From Oikopleura dioica (taxonomy: Eukaryota; Animalia; Chordata), in contig OU015569.1 of the NCBI GenBank assembly GCA_907165135.1, positions 806,001 through 870,000 of the forward strand: a stretch of DNA of 64,000 nucleotides. Direction: 5' to 3'. Positions 55,170 through 64,000 of the stretch are shown here, piece by piece. The first letter of the stretch is position 1. Each line of letters begins with the position of its first letter. The notes under the pieces are model-generated. The model searched no databases, had not been told where the DNA came from, and worked only from the letters and a program-made list of their open reading frames with translations. The position numbers were made by a program, and so were the translations under genes.

Positions 55170-55922
55170 ATGAAAATCAAGCTTCTCCTGATGGCTACTT
55201 TGTTTGTGGAGCTTGTTATTTCTGACCTGGGCTCGGAAACCTGTGTGGAAAACCTGAGTCAGGCTCTGAAAAAGCTTGAATGAAAAGCCGCGTGGCGGCT
55301 ATTTTTTAAAACTTCGCGGCTTCTTTTACTAAGCGGCTTTTCATTTATGCTCTTAAAACCCTGACTCAGGTTTTCTACACAGGTTTTCAAGCCCAGTTTC
55401 CGACTGCGCTGAGAAATTTATTGCCAAGTGGTTTTCAAAATTCTTGCTTGAAATTGGAAATTTTGCGAGATTTTCTTCCTTGATTTCGTCAAAGTTGAAA
55501 TCCAGAAAAGACAAAATCAAAGCCTGCCAACAAAAGTTTTTCGATGGAATGGTGCTGACCAGTGGTGCCAATTGCCGCGCTCATTTCATCAAGCTCTCAG
55601 CCTGTCTGGATTCTATTCAATGCTTGAGCCCGGCCACAGCTGCTGAAAACAACACGGTCTGTATTTTTGGCGTTTTAATTGACGATAGAAAGAAACAGGC
55701 TCGAAAGAGCGGTTGATTATCAGTCTTTGACGGATTAGTTCAATTTTCAATACGGCTCGTTGCCAGAATTGAGTATTTAGTAGCAGAAGGATGAAAATCT
55801 TAAAATTGATGAACGTTATGCTAACCATTACTATTACTTCTGCTTTTCAGGAGCTCAATCGTGGAATGATGGCGTCTTTTTGGACCGGGTTTAATCTGAA
55901 TACGTCTCTCGAAAAATCTTAA
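55170..55922 (+). CDS. Small secreted Cys-containing protein, interrupted by a MITE at 55227-55396
   Basis: MKIKLLLMATLFVELVIS signal peptide. The frame continues DCAEKF...ACQQKFF..NCRAHF..CLDSIQC after MITE removal; last exon ELNRG...EKS* follows a GT-AG intron. Confidence 0.6.
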
Positions 55923-57327
55923 ATACACGTTTTTGGGGACAATTCAGAAGGGGAAGTTCAAAACTAACGGCTTTTTCTCGATGATTTTCTCGATGAGAAG
56001 GTTTCGTTTTTGTACTCTTCCCAACGCTTGAGCTCATTTTCGCGCACCTTGGCCATGTACTTCCCGTACTTGCTCGTGAATAAAAAGAGGAATATAAATC
56101 GCCTTCAATTTAGTTCAGCATTATTCATTATTCAACAAATGCTTGTTGATATATTTCAATTTTGCGGTTATCTTTAGTTGAACCACTTGAATAAAGAACA
56201 ATATACATACAAAATTGAGCAACAAGCTCGCCGAAACAATGATCTTTTTAATGAAATGCACATTGTCCGCTTTTTTACAGTTTTGGCTGTCTCTACTAAA
56301 AATTAGAAAATGACAACTTTCAAAACTTTCATGAAATATATTCTTCAAACTTCGCCAAGATCGGCCAAAAAGCCATACTCGAAAATCCGAAGAAAAAAAT
56401 CTTCGAAAAAGTCACTTTTTATACAAAAAACTTGACATCAAAACAATACATCATCAATTCCCCCCATCATCTTCGAAGGAAGGCAAATTAATCCCATTGA
56501 ATAAGTAATGATGGTGGCTTGAGCAAACCAGTTCTGGGCGAGTTTGGTCGATTCTGTCAAAAGTCCTACTTTGAGAAAATCGAGCAATGTCTTGAGCCAT
56601 GGGCTCGGCAACCTGTGTAGAAAACCTGAGTCAGGGTCTGACAGATCTTTGATGCAAAGCCCCGTAGCGGCTTATTTACGGCTTCGATAAAAAAAAGCCG
56701 CGGCTTTTCATTTTAGACCTTTCAGACCCTGACTCAGGTTTTTTGCACAGGTTTCCGAGCTCAGCTTGAGCCCTTTCATCGAGTGTTCCGTTCGAATCCG
56801 GCAGACATGGAGCTATGCGGGCTGTACAGACAGGGAAGAGTGTCAACCTGTCAGTGGTCATTTCATTTCAGTGACGTTAAAAATAGATAGATAATATTTT
56901 GATGATGCGAAACAGGTCACAATTAATCGGAGCAATGATCGCTCATAAAAAATGCCGCGTCTAAAATAAGCTACAAATAAAAAAAGGATAAAAGCTTTTA
57001 TCTAAAGACAATATTGACAACTCATGAGAGGGCTCACTTTGCCGACAAGAGCTGGTGCAGAAAGGAAAGAGATATTATATTCGATTCTGAGACGTCTGAC
57101 TGAATGATCGATTCAATTCAATTTCGATAAACTCGTGTCTGAAAGAATCTCAAACTAGAGTGTGCACTTCCGCTGAGTTTCGCTTCCCACTGGCAGCGGA
57201 TGAACGAGTTGTACGCCGACTGGAATCCGTTTTGCAGCGCAAAAAAGCGAGCTGTTTCAAAATTAAAAATGCCTCAAGATCAACCAGCGCCGGAAAATTT
57301 TCCGACTCCGAAAATTCGCGAGTCGTA

Positions 57328-57583
57328 TGAAGGGATCCTAGCTTCTGCTGAATCTCCCACTTCTAGCGTAGTTTGCCTGCTCTCTATATCTGGACGAGTG
57401 AAGAAAACGAGTAAAGTATCTTTGACGTCTGTATTTCGAGCTGGAGTAAAATAGAGGTTAATTCACGAACTGCGTGAATTACCGAATGGAGAGAAATACA
57501 CGGCGGCGACCGAGCAAAGCTCGATCTAGATAAGCAAGTGACCTTAGGGGACGAGGGAGTCTAACGAATCTAAGATCCCAATA
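57328..57583 (-). repeat. 3' LTR
   Basis: Identical by eye to 61360-61615; preceded on the minus strand by a G6 polypurine tract (57584-57589). Confidence 0.95.
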
Positions 57584-58002
57584 CCCCCCATGAGACTGAA
57601 ACGTCCTCTAAGGCCAAAGTGTGTGATTTTTGCAGGAGTATAAGCGTAAGATGAGTAACATGGCAGGTTCGAAACGTCGAGGCAGTCTGATTCGCGTTAA
57701 AAAACCCTTTTTTGGGAAAAAGCTTGAATCAGATGCGAAGTTTTCGTGATGTCCGAGCGGTGATGACATGAAGGAGTAGCTGCACATGTAGAAGAACTCA
57801 AAATACGTCGGCGACGGTAAACTGTGATAATTTCCGTACCTTTTCAGGCCCCGGTCGATGAATAGGGGACCTGAGTGGGGCAGTACTTGCGCTTAGTCGT
57901 ATGACTGACCCGAGTTTGTGCCGATGTTTAGAGGTTCGACGGGCCTCGTTTCACGGTGTGCTCGTTTTGTATGTTTCGGGAGATGAGCTGCTCCAACTTC
58001 GG

Positions 58003-59174
58003 TTAAAGTCGCATTCGGATCGGCGCCGGCTGAGTATTGACGATCTGGTGAAGACTTTGGACGGGTTCTTTTGGGTTCTTTCGGGTGTGGGAAATCGCGC
58101 TTACTAGGTGCACTCTCCCGCCATACTCTTGTAGCAGAACACCACCCGCTGCGTACAGGCTCGCGTCTGTGTAGAGGTGAAAAGACTCGTCAAAGTTAGG
58201 AAAGCTTATGACAGGAGTCTCGGAGAGTCGTCGTTGAATTTCCTTGAGCGCCAAATCCGCTTCTTTGGTCCACTTGAAACAATTTGTTTCGTTCGCCGAA
58301 TTTCGAACATCGTTTATGGGTTTCATTCTGCTCGAGAAGCAACCGGATGAAATAGCTTCGCCCATTTTTGTTTCTAGAAAACCTCGGATCCAATTCAATG
58401 ACCCGATTAATGAAGCTAACTCCTTTTGGGAGCGTGGGGGTTTCATCTGACGAAGGGCGGAGACTTGCGCAGGGTCCGGTTTGATTCCTTCTTCGTTGAT
58501 GATTCGGCCCAAAAAGTGAGCTTCTGATTGTAGGAAAGAGCACTTTTCGCCCTTGAGTTTAGCGTTAAACTTGCGGAGCGCGATGAATAGGTTTCGGAGA
58601 GTGTTGTAATAGCAGCTGAAAGACTTCCCAAAACATACTATGTCATCGATATAAGAAAGCATCTTCTTCCTGGTGGGGCTTGAGTCGAGAATCGTGTTTA
58701 CGACGCGCGAGAATATATTCCCCGAGCATCGATAACCGAAAGGTAATCTGCAGAAGGCGTAAGATTTCCCACCCCACTGGAAGGAAGTCTTATACCTATC
58801 GCTTTTCTTAATAGGGCACTGCCAATATCCGCTCCGCAAATCAACTGTGGCGAAATACTTGTTGCCCGGTCCAATGTTCGCGATCGTATCCTCCATGCTC
58901 GGAAGATGATATGGGTCGGATTTGTCGGAGAGGCATTTGTTCAAGCTGTTCTTGTAGTTGATGCAGAAGCGCATTTCCCCAGATTTCTTAGGGATTGGCA
59001 GAACGGGGCTATTAAACCCTTTCTGGTCCTTGATCTCTTCTATTATTTTCGTATCGAGCAGTTCGGAGATGTGATCAGTGACCTGGCCATGAAAAGCTTG
59101 CGGAATAGGGTGTTGACTGATGTTTCGACTCGTACCATCAGTCGGGATTTCGATCTCGAATGGGAATTCACCCA
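58003..59174 (-). pseudogene. Reverse transcriptase plus truncated RNase H, out of frame with gag-pro
   Basis: SPVLPIPKKSGEMRFCINY, DLRSGYWQ, LPFG, YIDD, FLG and YTDAS; similarity ends at about 58084. Confidence 0.9.
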
Positions 59175-60848
59175 TTTTTGACCGTCGCAGCCGAATCTGT
59201 CGTCGAAATCCAAACACAGCTCGGCGACCACCTTCTTTTGCCCCGGGTCGGCGTTTGCTGGTAGGGTAATTCCGAGTTTTTGCTTCGCTAGCTGAATGGG
59301 GCACCTGGCTGCGTTCTTGTTAGGTGCGTCCAGCTTTGGGACTTTTGGTGGCGGTTGAGTGCGGGATCGATCGCTATCCTTGACCGCTGATCTAGTAGTC
59401 AAGTATTTCTTGATTTTGGTCCGCTTCACTCCGTCCAGCTTCACCACTTGAGTCTCAGTTTGTGTGAAGGCTTCGTTGTAGCAAAATGAGAGAGTACGAT
59501 TCTTATTGTCGACTGTGAAGCTGTCCGTCATCGCATTCTCTAGTATATCGCGGCCCAGTAGACTTGGGTATTTACTGCCTGGCATAATGGTGAGATTCAG
59601 GGAGAATGCAGGGCCACCATTGAATGATAAGCGGCAGGGAAGGATACCCATCGGCTGCTCGGCGGGAATATTTGGGCTGAAACCGGTGACCTTGAAGGGA
59701 CAGGGCTTCAGCATCTGGAGAAATTCGTCGGGAACGTAAGCAGCGGACAGACAGGAGGACTCGGCTCCGCTGTCGACTTCCATCGATACGTCAAAACTTT
59801 TAGAGCCCGTAATGATGGTAGCCGAAGCGAAATAAGCCTTTCCTGGTCGCTTCTTCTTCACTGTGTAAAAGTGAACGTCGAATGGTTGGAAATCTTCAAC
59901 GTTCTTAGTCGTATTTATCTTCTTGGATTCTGGTTGTTTATCGTCTTTCCCATCCTTAGAATCGTTGCTGGCGCGCTTAGCATTCTTCTTCTTTTTGTTC
60001 TTATTTCTGTTGAAGTGCTGGGAGACGGTCGCGCTGTCAACTCGATTCTGTCTTGTGGATTGGGCGAGACGGCAGAGTTCGTTGATATCGTAAACTTTTG
60101 ATAGGCTTGGAAGGATTGCGTTGAAAACGTCTGGTTCTTCTTTCCTAAGATTCAAGTACAGCATCATCGTCGAGAATATGTCAAATATTTCATCGACCCC
60201 GGCGTCGGCTGACTTCTCTTGTCGGTAAGAGTTCAAAGTCGCTTGCTTCGCCTCGTTCATCTTTTGCAAGACGTTGGCGGTGTAGTGTGCAAACGGCTTC
60301 GAATGGTCGTATTCGACGTCGAAAACTTCGCTTAGCTTCAGTAAGTAGTGACTCTTCGCGGCGAATGATTTCTCTAGCAGCGCCTTGGCCGATTTCCAGT
60401 CTTGACAATTCAGAAATTCGGTTCCAAGTGAGCGTTCGATGTTCAAGTCGAAGTGGCTGTACACTGCTGCGATGAAAGGCTGTTCACGTGAAGGTCTGTC
60501 GCGGACGTAGGCGCGGTGATAAATGTCGGCTCTGCCCAAGAAGGTGTTGAAAGATGTGTTGCATGCGGCGTCCAGCTTCGGCAAGTCTTGGACGTGACGA
60601 GACCAGGTAGTGGCCACCCATGCTTCTTCTCTCATTGTCGCATTCGTAGAGTCTTTTCCTTGATCGAGCTCGCAGGTAAGAAGCGTTGTACTGAGCTGTT
60701 CTAATTTTACTCTGCTTTCTGTGATCAAGGGCTCTAGGCTTGGCTTTAGTGATTCGTCATTTCGCACTTGTTCTTCGAGGTAGTTTACTCGATCGTTTAT
60801 GCTTCTTATTTCGGTGACGGTTTCTAGCAGTGATTTGTTCGCCGCCAT
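59043..60848 (-). CDS. Gag-aspartic protease ORF of the retrotransposon
   Basis: 601-aa ORF with an N-terminal coiled coil, basic KNKKKKN and the protease motif VDSGAESSCL...LLGRDIL. Confidence 0.85.
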   Translation of the reverse strand: MAANKSLLETVTEIRSINDRVNYLEEQVRNDESLKPSLEPLITESRVKLEQLSTTLLTCELDQGKDSTNATMREEAWVATTWSRHVQDLPKLDAACNTSFNTFLGRADIYHRAYVRDRPSREQPFIAAVYSHFDLNIERSLGTEFLNCQDWKSAKALLEKSFAAKSHYLLKLSEVFDVEYDHSKPFAHYTANVLQKMNEAKQATLNSYRQEKSADAGVDEIFDIFSTMMLYLNLRKEEPDVFNAILPSLSKVYDINELCRLAQSTRQNRVDSATVSQHFNRNKNKKKKNAKRASNDSKDGKDDKQPESKKINTTKNVEDFQPFDVHFYTVKKKRPGKAYFASATIITGSKSFDVSMEVDSGAESSCLSAAYVPDEFLQMLKPCPFKVTGFSPNIPAEQPMGILPCRLSFNGGPAFSLNLTIMPGSKYPSLLGRDILENAMTDSFTVDNKNRTLSFCYNEAFTQTETQVVKLDGVKRTKIKKYLTTRSAVKDSDRSRTQPPPKVPKLDAPNKNAARCPIQLAKQKLGITLPANADPGQKKVVAELCLDFDDRFGCDGQKWVNSHSRSKSRLMVRVETSVNTLFRKLFMARSLITSPNCSIRK

Positions 60849-61347
60849 AGCTCGAAATATATCGGCAGTAAGGGTTTATGGGCCTTGGATTACCTTTCAG
60901 GCCCTCAGAAAATACTGCGACTAAAAGTCGCAATATGATGAGCTGAGGTGCCTTTTGCGCAAACGCCCGACGATTTCTCTGTCCAGCGATTGTCGAAATT
61001 TCAAGGTCTGGTCCAAGGGTCGATTCTTCGTAAACTTCTCTCGATTTTTGGTGAAAAGTGGCGAAAGAATTATGTTTTTCTCAGTATTTTAGGTTTTCCC
61101 CGGCGTGCGTGCGTGGTTGCGTGGGCGCGACTTTCGGCGCGTGGGTCGTGGTGGCGCTCGTGCGGTGGCGCTCGCTCGGGGTGGTGTTGGTGTGGTGCGG
61201 AAAATTCTCTGAGTGGAGTTTCTCCGGCGGCGCGGTGGCGGTTGGTGATTCGGTTCCCCTCGACTCCGCTGACGGCCAATCAGCGTCCAAGTTGCGAAAC
61301 TTCGGTTGTCGATGGCGGAAAAATTTATCTTTTCTCCAACGGGACTA

Positions 61348-61358
61348 CTCTGATACCA
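61348..61358 (-). promoter_or_regulatory. tRNA primer-binding site
   Basis: TGGTATCAGAG begins 1 nt after the 5' LTR and resembles the familiar iMet-type PBS motif. Confidence 0.85.
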
Positions 61359-61359
61359 C

Positions 61360-61615
61360 TGAAGGGATCCTAGCTTCTGCTGAATCTCCCACTTCTAGCG
61401 TAGTTTGCCTGCTCTCTATATCTGGACGAGTGAAGAAAACGAGTAAAGTATCTTTGACGTCTGTATTTCGAGCTGGAGTAAAATAGAGGTTAATTCACGA
61501 ACTGCGTGAATTACCGAATGGAGAGAAATACACGGCGGCGACCGAGCAAAGCTCGATCTAGATAAGCAAGTGACCTTAGGGGACGAGGGAGTCTAACGAA
61601 TCTAAGATCCCAATA
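61360..61615 (-). repeat. 5' LTR
   Basis: Minus-strand termini TATTGGGATC...GATCCCTTCA; followed by the PBS. Confidence 0.95.
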
Positions 61616-62539
61616 CGTACAAAAGCAAAAGCGATGTGGACTACGAAATAGTAGGAAAGGCTTCAAAAAGGATTAATACCAGGATGTTAAATTCAAAGAG
61701 CTAGAGTGGGCAATCTGCGTAGACAGATTCCTGAGTCAGGATCTTAAGAGCTAAAATGAAAAGCCGCGTAGCGGCTTTTAAAACGAAGCCGCAAAGCGGC
61801 TTCGCGATAGAAGTTCTATCATGGAACCATTCGAGTCTATTATTAAAAATAGTTGCTTTTCATTTTAGCTCTTTTGATCCTGACTCAGGTTTTTCTACAC
61901 AGTTTGCCGAACCCAAGAATCTTGAGCTTGTGAAAGTATTTAACCACTCCGCGCGCAACTGGAAAAATTACGAATTGATAACTATGTGCCTCGTCTCAAT
62001 CTTCTGTCTATTGTTCTTGTAAATTTCGCAAAAAAAAAAGAAAATTCACAACACTGCCATCTACTTATTAATAAATGAAGAATTCTCTTCAGAAAATTAC
62101 GCCCTCGCTTCTTTCTATTTTTACGTCCTTCAAGAGCTTCAAGAGTAAAAGTGCTTTCTGGTGGAAAAATGGTGAATTTGAAATCAATCCGGAGAAGAAT
62201 GAATCGAAAGGACTCGCTTGATATGCCTTTGCTAAGAGTTTTTGAATCAAGACGGCAGATTTGCCTCGGCAACCTGTGTAGAAAGCCTGAGTCAGGGTCT
62301 GAAAGATGTAAATTGAAAGCCGCGAAGCGGCTTTTTTAAAAACTAAGCCGCAAAGCGGCTTCGCCAAAAATCAAAAACTGATCGAAACGAGAATTTCGCA
62401 AAGCCGCTAGGCGGCTTCGTTTTTAAAAAAGCCGCTTTGCGGCTTTCAATATACATCTTTCAGACCCTGACTAAGGTTTTCTATACTGGTTGCGATGCCA
62501 GACTGCAGAATAAATGAATTTTGAAAGTTTGAAAGAGTT

Positions 62540-63423
62540 TTGTCAATTTTTCAAAAACTCGAAATTACGAACAAGCCGCTATTGCCGAAAATCGAAGAGG
62601 TAGAGAAAGTAGACGGTGATTTCGACGCGTGGTATGAACGCAAGTTCCTCCGAACGCACAGAATTCAGACGTTTCTCGAGTGGCTGGGTAATTAAAGCGC
62701 GATTAGCAGAAGAGAAGTAGTGATGCATTTAAGTTCTCGCCGTGGCGGTGTTTTTGCTTACTTTAATTTATTACTACCCGAACGAGTTTCATTTTCACGT
62801 GGCGAAGGGATACGCTCATCTAGGCTACGACATCGCGCAGCATCAGATGGGCTTGAAGCACTACCACGGGGTCGGAGTCGCAGAAGACAAGAGGGAAGCA
62901 ATGAAATGGTTTAAGGAGAAGGTTATCTCGTGTCACTGGACGAGATTGATTGACTTTGCCGTTTTTGATTGATCACGCGCAATTTCATCCCTTTATTTTA
63001 TTTCATGACCTTCAAAAAAAAGGCCGCAGCAGATCAGGGACATCATGAAGCGGCAATGCACCGAGGAATCGGAAACATTCACGGCTTCACTGACCCGAAA
63101 GACATCACACCAGGTTGCATTAACTTCCCCTCCCCGCAATTTAATTCGGTCTTTAGGAGAGACAGAGCGATACTTGAAACACGCGGCAGACAACGATCAC
63201 CACCAAGCCTGGGTTCGGCAACCTGTGTAGAAAACCTGAGTCAGGGTCTGCCAGATTTTTAAATCGATAAGAATAATGGTTTAGCGAAGCCTCTTTGCGG
63301 CTTCGCTTTTCGTAAAGCATCTTTTAGACCCTGACTCAGGTTTCCTACATAGGTTGCCGAGCTCACCACCAAGCTAAGCAAGCTCTCTACCATTACTGTC
63401 ACAAGCAGAATAAATGTCCATAA
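62540..63423 (+). CDS. SEL1-like repeat protein with a hydrophobic segment; last exon interrupted by a MITE; start unresolved
   Basis: AQHQMGLKHYHGVGVAEDKREAMKWF..AADQGHHEA and YLKHAADNDHHQA are SEL1 repeats. Removing the MITE gives ...HQAKQALYHYCHKQNKCP*. Confidence 0.7.
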
Positions 63424-63494
63424 CAAGAAGGTTTCTCTTTTTTTCATTTTATTCCGATTGTTACTAAGTCAGTATAAGCATCAGCGGTATTGCT

Positions 63495-63942
63495 TTATCC
63501 GAACCAGTTTCGGCCAAAGAGCCCGAAAAAGGGGTTGTAATTGACTTTGGGATGAGAGATCTGCGGATTTGGGCGGTACATAGGCTCAGTTTTTTCCGTG
63601 TAAGTTTTGGAGAGTGTTGCTGGTGGCTTTTGAACGTACTCGGATTTCTCTGATGCTGGATTGTAGATCACAGGGGATTCGAACTATAATAATCAAGTAA
63701 TGGCTGATGATAGAAATAGGAATATTTACCGGGCTTTTGAAAGGAGACAAGTTGATAGGGCTTGGCTCAGAGCTGATTGTCGGATCCTGGCGAACACTTG
63801 GGCCAGCGTTTTGGTTATACAAGTACGAATTCGTTGCTGTGCCTTTATAAATGTTCATCGGTCGGGATCCAGAAGATCCAAACGCGCGGCAGTCTTTTCC
63901 GTGATCGAGGTTTGGCTCGCCGTAATCGGGCAGCGCTCCTAG
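63495..63942 (-). CDS. 3' exons of an unknown Pro/Ser-rich gene running off the window
   Basis: Exons ALPDYGEPNLDHGKDC...SPFKSP| and VIYNPASEK...FFGLFGRNWFG*. Confidence 0.4.
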
Positions 63943-64000
63943 AAAAAGAAAAGAGCTACGGAAAAAATTTGATGTTGATGAATCTTACCGTTGATGGTGT

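Larger units (their letters stand above)
57328..61615 (-). mobile_element. Ty3/gypsy LTR retrotransposon (Tor-like), internally deleted, 4288 bp
   Basis: Two 256-bp LTRs; 4-bp TSD CGTA (57324-57327 and 61616-61619); PBS; PPT; gag-protease and RT ORFs; RNase H truncated; integrase core absent. Confidence 0.95.

Noticed and set aside
57590-58000. env gene in the retrotransposon 3' region
   Set aside because: Only about 400 bp with no long ORF or TM/furin features.
59170-59185. Programmed -1 frameshift between gag-pro and RT
   Set aside because: There is no X XXY YYZ heptamer in frame, and the shift lies after the protease. One missing A in an A5 run (mutation or homopolymer error) restores GQK-MGEFP.

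Overview
Compact, gene-dense animal genomic DNA with many ~45-nt introns, repeated GA-AG/GC-AG introns, operon-like gene spacing, dense MITEs and a Ty3/gypsy element. These features point to the larvacean tunicate Oikopleura (inference). Recognisable genes, left to right: DCLK3-like kinase, glucose-6-phosphate 1-epimerase, PPPDE/DESI peptidase, IRF2BP-like zinc finger, TALPID3, cGMP-dependent kinase, an NDPK-EF1beta-QNG1 cluster, SCHIP1, a secreted mucin/PAN/EGF/discoidin protein, an atypical phosphagen kinase, a class B GPCR, two secreted Cys-rich proteins, a 2-O-sulfotransferase and a SEL1-repeat protein. A 4.3-kb internally deleted LTR retrotransposon has apparently identical LTRs. The main finding is a palindromic MITE family (TIR CTGGGCTCGGCAACC, 8-bp TSD, roughly 28 copies) with at least four copies inside apparent coding exons. 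A GC/GT donor at TIR position +5 and the terminal CAG would splice it out leaving 8+4=12 nt, in frame in any phase and either orientation. In three of these copies the single TSD mismatch is a synonymous third-position change, suggesting an active intron-generating element. All gene models were built by eye; no searches or expression data were available.
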